Below are positions 12,401 to 23,587 of a stretch of DNA of 64,000 nucleotides, piece by piece. A model generated the notes under the pieces. The model was not told the DNA's origin. It saw only the letters and a program-made list of their open reading frames with translations, and ran no database searches. Each line of letters opens with the position of its first letter. Positions within the stretch are counted from its first letter, which is position 1. This stretch comes from Squalus acanthias (Eukaryota): positions 1 through 64,000 of the forward strand of contig JASTWF010000345.1 of NCBI GenBank assembly GCA_030390025.1, written 5' to 3'. The position numbers and the translations under genes are program-made.

Positions 12401-12882
12401 TTAGAAAGTGTACAGAGGAGGTTTACCAGAATGTTACCAGGGATGAGGAGAGGTAGGAAAAGTTAGGACTGTTCTCCTTGGAACAGAGAAGGTTAAGAGG
12501 TGACCTAATAGAGGTTTTCAAGATAATGAGAGGTTTTGATAGAGTAGATAGAGAAAAATTATTCCCTCCGGTGAGTTGGTCAATAACTCGAGGTCATAGA
12601 TTCAAAATCATTGGCAAATGATCTAGGAGGGAGATGAGGAGACATTTTTTTACTCAGAGTTGTCGGGATCTGGACCGTTCTACCTGAAAAGGTGGTGGAA
12701 GCTGATTCCATAAATAATTTTAAAAGGGAATTGGACAGGTTGGAGATGGAGAGGATGAAGAACTTACAGGGTTACGGACAAAAAGCGGGGATGTGGGACT
12801 AAGCATGACTGCTCTTTCTAAGAGCCAGCACAGGCACGATGGGCCGAATGGCCTCCTGCGCTGTAAGTTTCTATGATTCTAT
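12400..12882 (+). mobile_element. CR1 LINE 3' fragment
   Basis: CR1 ORF2 C-terminus and TTCTATGA tail. Confidence 0.85.
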
Positions 12883-12933
12883 GACCAGGAATCAAACCCG
12901 TGACGGTGAAAGCGCCGAATCCTAACCATTAGA
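12882..12933 (-). pseudogene. tRNA-Glu(TTC)-derived fragment
   Basis: Minus strand TCTAATGGTTAGGATTCGGCGCTTTCACCGTCACGGGTTTGATTCCTGGTCA resembles vertebrate tRNA-Glu, lacking the acceptor stem and with a short internal deletion. Confidence 0.75.
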
Positions 12934-14204
12934 TATTCGTGGCTGTTCTTTGACCTTGGCTGCTGGTGCCAGTTGCTGTGACTGGGGATGAACAGCCCCG
13001 CAGTGAGGACCATTTCAAAACCAGGTGCTTATTGAATAGTGCTTTGGAGTGCTGAAGTAAGGATTCTGTAGCCTGAATCATTCATGGGGGATCTTGGCAA
13101 TGCCCTAGAGAAGGTTCTCAAAATAATCCGTATTATGTTCTACAATAACACAATGAGACAGGGATTGGTATGCAGGAGACCATTAAGCAGCAGCATTTAG
13201 TGGATTAGTAAGGTGATGAGGGACTTTAGGACATGGCTGATGTGGATGAGGCATTACTGCCAGATAGGCAGCCATGTCAGCAAAGCATTCCCACATTTTT
13301 CAGCTGAACTCCAATATTATCACTGTTGAAATGTTTTGAAGCAATGATGACTGTGCCTTCTGTGTATGATCTGCAGGAGTGCTGCTGCTCTGCAGCTTAT
13401 AGGAAAGATCTGGCCCCGCGATGTAAATGATGGTTATATGGTGTTTCCCAACACTGCTGTCGGACGGCACTAATCTCATTGCCCATTGGGAGGCAAAAAT
13501 GTCGTGTCAGCCAGGAGTGTCAATTGCAAAATTTGACACACCCAGCCCTCCATTAAGTAGAATTTTCACCCCCTGTTGCTTGTAAGCGCCTGGCCATCTT
13601 GCTATCTGTGAGGGTCAACAAATGCTTATCTTTGTTGCTCATGCAACCACCATGCAGTGTATCATACATGGTGACTAAAGAGGAATTACAGGTACCATTA
13701 GTGTGTGTTAAGGGAGTAGAGGGGGAGGGGTGGGGGGTAACACCAAATTCTTATGTACAGTGCATTTAATGTGAAATGTCACCCTGTGTTTATTATCTGT
13801 GATGTATAATCCTAACTCTACCTCTGCCTCTGAGTGCTTCCCAGTCTGAGGATGTATCCGGAGACACTATCAGAGTTTCCGAAGCCTGAGGGATTGCCAG
13901 ATGAAGAAGGTCCTGTTGTCTTTGTGCGCAAACAACTCAGATGGCCACGTGTCAGTCCCAGAACTGGCCTGGGATGTCGGTTTGCACGATTGTGAGAACT
14001 ATGGAAACCAGACAAGGGCTCAGAACTCGATTGCTGCATAGGGGACTTGGCAATTGTAGCATCCTGTTTTACAAACCGGAGGACATGGTTTGTGGTCAGT
14101 GCTTGGACTTACGCTAGCAGGGACCTTCGCAGCCACATCTTCTCTGAGGCTCTTCATTCTCCTCATAAGCAGAATGACAGCAAGATTACTTAAGATATAT
14201 TAAA

Positions 14205-14425
14205 ACTTGCATTTATATAGCTCCTTTTATGAACTCAAAGTCCAAAAGCATTCCACAGCCAAATAAGTATTTCTGAAGTGCTGTCGCTGTTGCAACATAA
14301 GAAAATGCGGCAGCCAATTTGCACAGCAAGATCCCACAAACAGCAAGAGATAAATTATCAATTAAATTGTTTTAGTAGTGTTGGTTGAGGGATAAATGTT
14401 GGTCAGGACACCGGGAGAACACCTT
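14205..14425 (-). mobile_element. Deu-domain SINE fragment, interrupted by the Harbinger element
   Basis: Matches other SINE copies; weak continuation after 16961. Confidence 0.7.
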
Positions 14426-14689
14426 GAGCAAAAATTGGCTAGCCCCTGTAAATGGGTGCAGGGTCGCGATGCGAGGTGCACACTGAAGGCAGGCACTAAG
14501 GGAATGCACAAGGGCGATTAGTTGACTTTTGAATGAAATACTGTAATGGTTTGATTCATAACATTGGTTTGGAATGTTTGTTTTTTGGTGGCTTTTATTG
14601 TAGCATTGTGGCCAAGAGGACGCTGTGATGGTCAGTAACAGAGGGAAGGTAAGGTGTGGGACTATTGTCGAATGTAGAATTGGGGTTGT

Positions 14690-16457
14690 GTTCGCAGGTA
14701 CCGCAGGCGGATGAGTTGATCACAGACAGCCCGGGCAGAAAGGGGTTTCTGCTTCCTCCTATTCCACTTCCTCCTCCTCCATTCTGCTTCCTCCTATTCC
14801 ACTTCCTCCTCCTCCATTCTGCTTCCTCCTATTCCACTTCCTCCTCCTCCATTCTGCTTCCTCCTATTCCACTTCCTCCTCCTCCATTCTGCTTCCTCCA
14901 ATTCCACTTCCTCCTCCTCCATTCTGCTTCCTCCTATTCCACTTCCTCCTCCTCCATTCTGCTTCCTCCTATTCCACTTCCTCCTCCTCCATTCTGCTTC
15001 CTCCTATTCCACTTCCTCCTCCTCCATTCTGCTTCCTCCTATTCCACTTCCTCCTCCTCCATTCTGCTTCCTCCTATTCCACTTCCTCCTCCTCCATTCT
15101 GCTTCCTCCTATTCCACTTCCTCCTCCTCCATTCTGCTTCCTCCTATTCCACTTCCTCCTCCTCCATTCTGCTTCCTCCTATTCCACTTCCTCCTCCTCC
15201 ATTCTGCTTCCTCCTATTCCACTTCCTCCTCCTCCATTCTGCTTCCTCCTATTCCACTTCCTCCTCCTCCATTCTGCTTCCTCCTATTCCACTTCCTCCT
15301 CCTCCATTCTGCTTCCTCCTATTCCACTTCCTCCTCCTCCATTCTGCTTCCTCCTATTCCACTTCCTCCTCCTCCATTCTGCTTCCTCCTATTCCACTTC
15401 CTCCTCCTCCTCTTCTGCTTCCTCCTCTTCCTCCTCCTTAGCTGGTTGCCATATGCCTTGTGGCAAGGGCTGTGCCCTCATGATGGTGAGGTTGCGGAGC
15501 ATGCAGCAGACAACGACGAATCTTGAAACACGCTCTCGTGAGGTCTGCAGGGCTCCTCCAGAGCAGAAGCATTGTTTAAGGACGCCAATGGACTGCTCTA
15601 TCAGATTCCGTGTGGTAGCATGGCTTTCGTTATATATACATGCTGCCCACGTGTGCGTGGGATGCACAGTAGAGTCATGAGCCAGGTGGTCAGCGGATAG
15701 CCCTTGTCGCCCAGTAGCCACCCTCTGGTTTGTCGTGGTGGCTCAAATGCTGATGGTACAGCGGACTGCCGCATAATGAAGGCATCATGGCTGCTGCCAG
15801 GATACTGAGCATTGACTTGCATGATGCGCTGAGTCGGGTCGCACACCAGCTGGACATTGAGGGAGTAGAATCCATTCCGGTTGCGGTACATCTCCGGATT
15901 GAGGTGCGGCGCTTGCAAAGCGATGTGTGTGCAATCAACGGCACCCTGCACCATGGAGAAACCTGCTATCCTGGCGATGCCGCGTGCTCACTCTGCCTAC
16001 TTCTCTCTGTCAAGAGAGAATGAAATGTATTCAGCTCTCTTTGCCTACAGAGCCTCACTCGCCTCCCTTATACAGGAGTGGATGTCAAACTGGGAGATTA
16101 TACAGATTTCGCCTGCTCCAGCCTGGAAGGAGCCCGTGCAAAGAAGTTCAAGGTCACGATCACCTTTGCAGCCACTGGTAATGTCGTCCTCGCCCTGGAC
16201 TGAGGCTGCAGGTCTGCCTGCAGCAGGTGGCAGATTTCAGGCTTAGTAAAATGGAGACGTCGCATGCACTGTTCGTACCCGAGGTTGAGGTAGGAGAATT
16301 GCTCCCTGAAGACCCTGGGGAGATATGGCCTCCTGCTGAGAGTCCTTCTCCCCCTCCTCCTGCTCCCTCTTCTAGCAGCTTGTCCTGCTCTGTGTCCCCT
16401 CTGCTCATTCTCCCTGTCATGCTGCAGGCCAAGGGGGATACAAACTACTGTACCCAT
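14690..16457 (-). pseudogene. Harbinger DDE transposase pseudogene (frameshifted)
   Basis: GAVDCTHI, GSSHDAFI, LLGDKGYP, RNLIEQSIGVLK, CCML in different frames. Confidence 0.88.
14747..15415. repeat. 35-bp minisatellite, ~19 near-perfect copies
   Basis: Unit ATTCCACTTCCTCCTCCTCCATTCTGCTTCCTCCT. Confidence 0.97.
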
Positions 16458-19000
16458 GTCTGGGAGCAACTGGTCTGAGTAGAACCCTTGCAAGTCAGTA
16501 CCAAGTCCTTGAGCATGTGCTTGTAGACTTTACGCAACTTTAAAGAACTCTAGAAACCACCAAACACTTCTACAAACTCAGCAACAGCTAGTATAAATCA
16601 ATCAGCAACTAACCTGTAAGTAGATGATGAACCCTTTAAATAGCGCTGTTGGGGGTTCCTCCCTGCTGCTGATTGAGTGTTCAGCTTTGCGAGGTCAAGA
16701 GAGGCTATTAGCTCCAGCGTTGCGGTCGAAAATGATAGCGCTGGTGTCAAATCAGTGTTACACGCTGATTGACGTCATGATCTGCCTACTCTGCATACTT
16801 ATGGCGCACGCTCCCAGTGCCAACGCTAACGCACTCACCAAAATGGCGTCTGATGCGGCCTGCACCAGAAGTGTGCGCGCGCTGCTTGGACGCCATTTTA
16901 GAGCCAAATCGGCACCCGTAGCGCCCAAGCAACAGGCGCTACGCAACTGAATTTTTAGCCCTCAATCTCTTCTTTAGTAGCAGTATGGGAATTTTATGTC
17001 TCTGGAGTATTTTAATATTCTTTCTAGACTGCAGATTTTAAGCTTCTTTAATCTTTTCTCTTACCTGATCCCCTTTACACTTAGTATCAATCTTGCTGCC
17101 CTTTCTATACACCCTTTTCAATGCATGAACATCCCATTTTGGAAAGTAGCAAACGAAGCAGCATGCAGTATTCAAAGTGTGGTCTAATTAGTGCATTCTA
17201 AAGCCTCAGCATAAACTCTGCAGACTTAAGAAAGAAAGAACTTGCACTTCTAGAGCACATTTCATAATCTCAGGACATCTCAAAGTGCTTCACAGCCAGT
17301 GAGGTACTATTGAAGTGTCGTCACAATTCTATGTACGGAAATGCAACAGACAATTTGAGTACAGCAAGGACCTCGTTGACTTCCAGCGGGTGTCCCTCTC
17401 AGCTGCTCAGAAGAGCAGGCTAAGTTCATAGCCTTCGGGAAGACAGCGGGATCGGTGCGGCTAAGTCCCAGAGGCCATTTGAACTGCCTGCTGCCCGGGT
17501 TGCGCCTGGTGGGCAGTATTACAATTGGCCCTTTTCGCTTTTGGGATCCAGACCGCTTGCCTGACCGGTGGGACCCATATCCAGTCTCTTGGTGTACCGG
17601 CCTCCATTGAGTTGGATCCCAGTATAAAGAGTCCATACCGTTGGCTCTGTCCCTGGCTATTATTTTCCTGACAAGGCAACTGGGAAACTCCCAGAAATGG
17701 CAGAATCCCAACGCCACTGGGTCTCTGCCTTACTCTGAGGGGTTCTGCTGGTCTCCTACCGGAGTTATGGTAGGTGACAGGCAGAATTGCAGGCTCTTAT
17801 ACTCCACTGCTTAGGCTATGTATCCTAACATTCAATTTGGGTTATTTTGTTCCCAGGTCTTCTAAATCTCCCCGTGATGCTAATAACTTTGGAGCTTGTT
17901 AAGAATGGCCAAACATGTATTACCTATCTCACATCTTTTTACATTGGATATTCTAGAACTAGTAACTGGTCAATGTTTCAATTTCAGTGCCATCTCTCCC
18001 CACCATTATATACTTACATCATCCATACATTCATTTAATATGCAATACTTTACATTTGTAGGAACTAACTTTCATTTGTTTGCCCAATAGCACAACTGAT
18101 CTAAATCTTTCTGCAATTTTTTTTACTGTATTATCTGTCCCATATCGTCTGCAAATTTAACAAGCTTGCAATTGGTTTTCGCATCCAGGTCCATTTATGC
18201 AGCTAAGACACATTGGACCAGATTTTGCACTCAAAGCAACTGTGAGGCTAATGGTGCCCCCTGTTACTTATGTGCAAATGGCACAGCAACTTCAGGCAAG
18301 GGGCAGATGCATGGTTAAACTCAATATCCAAAAGTTGCTGTCCAAGTAGCGCTACTCCACTGTTAGCTTTCCAAAAATGGCATCTCACTGTCTGCCTCAC
18401 CACTGAAATAGATTGAATAGCGGGTAGTTGCTGTATTTGCGTTTTAGATACGAACTAAACCCGCCACAGAAAGTTAAGTTTTGTCATTTCAAGTGCAAGT
18501 ACCCTTTTAACTACATGATAACTGTTAATTACTGCCAGCCAACCTCGCTGGCACTGAAAATTAACTATTACAAGTGTGGAGTCTCATTCCTTCAGGTATT
18601 AATTGATGTTGGAGATTTTAAAAAATGTCAAATTTTAAGGGGTAGAAATTAGGTCGCGCCCCATTTGGGGCGCAAATATCGTCTGGACGCAAATATTAGC
18701 GCCTGGCGCTAATTATCGGCACTGACAGGAAACTTCACTTTTACCGCCCCGGGAGGTGAGTGGAGCGCTAAAGCAGGTGCTGCACACCTGTCTTAAGGCG
18801 CAAAGGCCAAGGAGTGAGGCGCTAACTCAGCGCGCGAGCGCAGCGCAGCTGCTGCCAGTTAGCGAGGGAACACAGACACACTGGCGCCGGACACTTCTTA
18901 AAGCGGGGGGGGGGGGCCACTTGCTCCCCAGCCACACCCTGCTCATTGCAGCCTTGAATCTCAGCCTGGAGAGACCTGTGAATCCATTTTGCTGCCAAGC

Positions 19001-20850
19001 ATGGAGAGGGTGAGAGAACGCGCTCATCGCTTCACCGAGCGGGCCTTGGATGCTCTGGTTGGCGCGGTGGAGCGCAGACGATGTATGCTGTTCCCTGAGA
19101 GTGGCAGGAGGCCTTTGCCACGCGAGTTCAGAAGAGTGTGGAGGGAGGTGGCTCAGAGCGTCTCCTCCAGGAGCATGGTGCCCAGGACCCATACTCAATG
19201 CCGCAAAAAGTTCAACGACCTCACTTGGGTCGTCAGGGTGAGTGGCTTTTTCTCAATACCTCTCCATCCCTCCATCTCAACCTCACTCTATGGCCAGAGG
19301 GTCTTAAAACCCCAATGCACAACACTCATCCAACACCTATGGCCCTTTCATCAAACACACACACACATTCCACACTTTGCATACAGTAAGGGCTATTCAC
19401 CTATGGGAGGCACATCAGGCAAGACCATGGCTGTATATTGTAAGGGCTATTCACCTATGGGAGGCACATCAGGCAAGACCATGGCTGTATATTGTAAGGG
19501 CTATTCACCTATGGGAGGCACATCAGGCAAGACCATGGCTGTATATTTACTCAGATGCTGTCCTTTTTCTTGCAGGCTAAGCTGGCTCATAATAGGAGAC
19601 AGCAGCAACGGACAGGTGGAGGGCGGCCTCAGCTGCAACCCCTCAGCGATCTGGAGGAGCGCGTCCACAGGATCGCCACTGGAGACGCCGACCCCGTTCT
19701 GGACAGCAATGGTAAGGTCATCACCTTTTTGTCCTCTGTCCTTCCACTTGTCCCTCACAAGACCAGCCTTTGACACTTTCAATCCAACTTGCTAACTCGC
19801 TGCACTTATTCCTCCCTTACTGCCACCCTGTCCTCACGCTAAAGCCACTCTTGTACCTCCCTGCTTTCAGATGGTGATTCACCAGCTGAGGAGACGGGCC
19901 CTGAAGCTGCCACTGGGAGTGATGCTGCAGCTGAGGAGGAAGAGTAAGCCAGAGCATCAGTGCCACCCTCTCCCGAGGAAGCCCATGCCCACACTGGGAA
20001 CACGCCTTCCCCGGAGGGGAGCAGGGGGGAAGGGGCTGATGAGGGTGAAGCTCCAGGACCCAGCGGGCTGCAGCAACGCCATGGGGGGGGTAGGGAAGAA
20101 TGGGGGCCTTCTCCCCAGAGGGAGAGTATGCCAGACACTCCTACTGCAATGGACGCAGAGGAGGAGCGGCTGATTGCAGAAATGAACACCCAGGCGGTGG
20201 GCATGCACACTGAGCTCATGGGTGCAGTGGGAAGGGTGCCCGAATGCATTGAGTCACTGGCAAGGAGTGTGGAGCACTTCGCTGTAGCACAGGCGGATGC
20301 CACACTAACGCTTAGTGCTGCAATTCAGTCACTGGCTGCCGTGATCCCATATCTGACTGCTCTCATACAGACTCAGATTGAGGCCACGCGAGCACAGACT
20401 GCTGCCAACCTCGATGGTTCGTGCACATGTCCCCGGGGCTGTCACCGCGCCGCAGCAGGCCAGCAATCTGTTCTCTGGCAGATTGCTCCGGATGCTGAAG
20501 TGCTGCCCCGTGGGACTGCCAGTGTGTCAGGCGAGCAGGGAGTTGCTGTCCTCTCTCACGATGACAGCATTCCTGCTGCCAACACTGTCACTTCTCCACT
20601 GCACTTGCCACCGCCTGTAGGACAGACTGCTGCCGCCCATGCAGAGTTGGTGCAGTCTGCAGCCGGGCCCTCCAGGCCCAGAAGTGGTCGAGGCCGTCCT
20701 TCAGGGGCATCTGCAGTGTCAGGGTCTGACGAGCAGCAGCCTTCCACCAGCCTTGCTGCAGCCACTGAGGTCCCATTACGGAGGAGCAGTAGGGTTAGAA
20801 GGGGGGAAGTGCGCAAGGGAAGGAGATCACCCTCGAAGGGCAAAAAGTAG
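19001..20850 (+). CDS. Harbinger Myb/SANT-like DNA-binding protein, 3 exons (19001-19237, 19576-19711, 19871-20850), one in-frame TAA at 19945-19947
   Basis: RFTERALDALV...WREVA...RTHTQCRKKFNDL, then AHNRR..RTGGG; GTGAGT/TTGCAG and GTAAG/TTTCAG splice sites preserve frame; basic C-terminus. Confidence 0.8.
19386..19547. repeat. 54-bp tandem repeat x3 in Myb gene intron 1
   Basis: Unit GTAAGGGCTATTCACCTATGGGAGGCACATCAGGCAAGACCATGGCTGTATATT. Confidence 0.97.
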
Positions 20851-21144
20851 GAGGTGTGACAAAATGCTGGTCATTTTTTTATTAAAGGCCGAGGTTCATG
20901 GTCCAACTTTTGTTTAGTGTTTTGGACATTATCTCCAGGTTGTGAGAACCAGTTATGTTATTGACTGTTTTTTTGTGTTTATTTCTATGAGTTTGTCATG
21001 AGGAATTGACACACACAGAGTTTGTAAAATAAATAAGTTTCTGTATTCAAAATATACATGGCTGGTGGTTGGAATTATTGGTGCCTTGGCCGGCTTAGGG
21101 GTTGCGTGCTGGGTTGATTAATGTTGGTAGCAATGGCAGGGGCC

Positions 21145-22305
21145 CTAGAAGCGGCTTGCTATTAGCCGTTGACGGACGGCCCTTGCAGTTTGACCATTGT
21201 GGGCCGCCCTCCCGCCTTGGTGCTGCTGATGATCATCGTCCTCGTCCTCTTCCTCCTCTTCCTCCTCCTCCTCTGGTGGTGCTACAAGGCCTGGTGGCAT
21301 TGGCTGGGTCCTGAGGATTGCCATGTTGTGCAACATGCAGCACACGACTACGAAGTTCGATACTTGCTCAGGCGAGTACTGCAGGGCTCCTCCGGAATGG
21401 TCCAGACAGCGGAACCGTTGTTTCAGCACGCCGATTGTGCGCTCAATAATGTTCCTGGTTGCTTGATGGCTTTCATTGTACCGCAGCTCAGCAGGGGTGT
21501 TTGGCGTACGGAGCGGTGTCATCAGCCAGGTGCTCAATGCGTACCCCTTGTCCCCGAGAAGCCAACCAACTGGCTGATGCGGTGCCTCGAAAACTTCTGC
21601 CACAGTAGTCTGGCGCAGGATAAAAGCATCGTGGCAGCTGCCAGGATAGTGGGCATTGACAGCGAGTATCAGCTGTCTGTGGTCACAGACCAACTGGACA
21701 TTCAAGGAATGGAACCCCTTTCTGTTCCTGAATTCCTCGGCATTCTCACGCGGAGCACGCAAAGCCACATGCGTGCAGTCAATGGCGCCCTGCACCATGG
21801 GGAAGCCCGCTACCCTCGCAAAGCCCAGAGCGCGGTCACGCTGCTTGTCTGGGGTCATAGGGAAAGAGATGAACTCTCGTCTCCTTCTGAAGAGGGCATT
21901 GGTGACCTGCCGGATGCAGCGATGCACCGCGAACTGGGAGATATTGGCGAGGTCCCCAACAGCAGCTTGGAATGAGCCAGTGGCGTAGAAGTTCAAAGCC
22001 ACTGTGACCTTCACTGCCACCGACAGAGACGTCCTGGACCTCAGCTGAGGCTGCAGATCTGGCTGCAGCAGGTGGCAGAGCTCAGTGACCACCTCCTTGC
22101 TGAATCGCAGCCTTCGCAAACACAGCTCCTCGGACATATGGATGTAGGAGAGCTGTTCACGATATACCCTGGGAGGGTAAGCTCTCCTGTACATGCGCCT
22201 GATGGCCCTCCTCCGTCTGGCCATCATTGCCACTCTCTCTCTGCGTCTCTGTATCCTCCGATTCAGCTGGAGCAGGACGACGCCCCCAATCAGTGCAGCC
22301 CCCAT
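21145..22305 (-). CDS. Harbinger DDE transposase (HARBI1-like), 386 aa, intact
   Basis: ATG at 22305 (MGAALIGG); GAIDCTHV, GSCHDAFI, LLGDKGY, NIIERTIG, CCMLHN; no stops or frameshifts. Confidence 0.92.
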   Translation of the reverse strand: MGAALIGGVVLLQLNRRIQRRRERVAMMARRRRAIRRMYRRAYPPRVYREQLSYIHMSEELCLRRLRFSKEVVTELCHLLQPDLQPQLRSRTSLSVAVKVTVALNFYATGSFQAAVGDLANISQFAVHRCIRQVTNALFRRRREFISFPMTPDKQRDRALGFARVAGFPMVQGAIDCTHVALRAPRENAEEFRNRKGFHSLNVQLVCDHRQLILAVNAHYPGSCHDAFILRQTTVAEVFEAPHQPVGWLLGDKGYALSTWLMTPLRTPNTPAELRYNESHQATRNIIERTIGVLKQRFRCLDHSGGALQYSPEQVSNFVVVCCMLHNMAILRTQPMPPGLVAPPEEEEEEEEEDEDDDHQQHQGGRAAHNGQTARAVRQRLIASRF

Positions 22306-23308
22306 ATTCTCTTTGCCAGAAAAGTAATGAGGGACAGCAACTAAAGTAGCAACAAAGTTAGGATGAATAGGCAAAACTACCTCACAAAGCGTTGAGTCAA
22401 TGTAGAAGTCTCTCTCTCTCTCTCCGAATCTCTCTCTCTCTCTCAGAACGAGTGGTGCATAAATGTCGACCACAGAAAAAGACAGGAAGAGGCCCCCTTT
22501 AAATAGCGCCCCCCCCAGCCCCACAGCGATTGATAGTGTTCCAGTCTTCCGGTCGTTGGAAGCGCCAGGCGGTAAGGCAGGGGGTGCCACTCAATTTCCG
22601 CTCCGGGGCGCCCCAAGGGCGTTGCACCATGGAATGACATCATAATTTGCGCGCGCAGGTGGTCGCAGCGGTAAGTTTTAGCGCCGCCGCACAATCTCAA
22701 GTTAAGTTCTCGAGCGCCGCAAACATCGCTGCGCCCGGGCGTTAGCGGCTTTGCGCCCCATTAGCGCCCTCTTAAGGCGCTAACGGGAGGCGCAACCAAG
22801 TGAATTTTTACCCCTAAATGTTTTAAGTTTTTTTTTATACTTGTCTCTTTTCTCTCTCTCTTAATCCAATCTTTCTTTCCCTCTCTTTATTTCTCTTCTT
22901 GTACCTGATTTGACATTGAACTCACCCCCTTTAATTTACACTTCCTTCTCAGTCTTTGCGCTATTTTTTTTCACAATCCTTCAATCTGATTGGTTAAGGA
23001 GATACATAGTTGCTTGACCTGTTCACTCGGGCCCCAGATGCCCGGATCCCTTGCTGCGCCATTATCAGCTCGCACTTTCAGCAACTTGCCACGCAAAACA
23101 TTTAAAAACCTAAACCTGCAAGGGCAAGTCTAACTAATGGCAGATGTTGTTAGATACCCTGCTAAAGCAAATTATGGCCCAATAGCATTCAAAGCACTGA
23201 GCCCTGCAGCATTCCACTCAATACCTCCCTGCAATACCATGTTCTGTCCTGGTTCTGCCCTTTAGTTTAAATAGTCTCTCATGTGTGATCCTTGTCAAAG
23301 ACTTTCTT

Positions 23309-23572
23309 AAAATTCAAATAAACCATCGTTACCAAGATAGTTTCGTTATGAGTATTTTTTAAATAAACAGCTATTAGTTACATGTTACACCACTTACAGA
23401 ATGTTATTACCGTACTGTTTCATACAGAATAACACTTAGGCTGGAGCGGAATGTTACAATTGCTGTAACATATCAAGGAATTGAAACTCAAGCTGTTTAT
23501 TATGTTATGTGAAACCTGAAATGTTCTACATCTTTTAAACGCAATCCCTCCTGCGCTAATCTATATCCTATA
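23309..23572. repeat. 264-bp inverted duplication, copy 1 (partner 25560-25823)
   Basis: Reverse-complement match with about 5 substitutions. Confidence 0.95.
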
Positions 23573-23587
23573 AAATGGGAGCAGGGG

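Larger units (their letters stand above)
14426..16961 (-). mobile_element. Degenerate PIF/Harbinger transposon (transposase only, Myb gene absent)
   Basis: Imperfect TIRs GAGCAAAAATT / AATTTTTAGCCC; transposase remnants. Confidence 0.8.
18639..22814. mobile_element. Full-length two-gene PIF/Harbinger DNA transposon (4176 bp)
   Basis: TIRs GGGGTAGAAATT / AATTTTTACCCC; TAA TSD at 18636-18638 and 22815-22817; convergent Myb/SANT and transposase genes. Confidence 0.95.
18215..23180. mobile_element. Older non-autonomous TIR element (~0.8 kb) hosting the young Harbinger
   Basis: Imperfect TIRs GGACCAGATTTTGC / GCAAATTATGGCCC around 18215-18638 plus 22818-23180. Confidence 0.45.

Noticed and set aside
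12882..12933. Functional tRNA-Glu gene
   Set aside because: Acceptor stem missing, internal deletion and mutated T-loop
13818..14170. Possible host exon(s) in unique-looking sequence
   Set aside because: Short frames, no recognisable protein, splice sites not convincingly paired
14656..15441. 261-aa repetitive ORF and CRISPR-like periodicity
   Set aside because: Translation of a 35-bp minisatellite; no unique spacers, no cas genes, eukaryotic context
18989..19795. 268-aa single-exon protein with KGYSPMGG repeats
   Set aside because: Read-through of intron 1; splice sites and homologous elements support the 3-exon model
21169..21975. 268-aa antisense ORF (and similar ORFs opposite CR1/PLE genes)
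   Set aside because: Shadow frames of TE coding sequence with no recognisable domains
21145..22590. Domesticated HARBI1 host gene, or a 481-aa N-terminally extended transposase
   Set aside because: Enclosed by TIRs and a TSD with a cognate MITE, so a transposon; the extension starts at GTG and runs through the TATA and 5' UTR, while related copies start at the MG.. ATG equivalent to 22305
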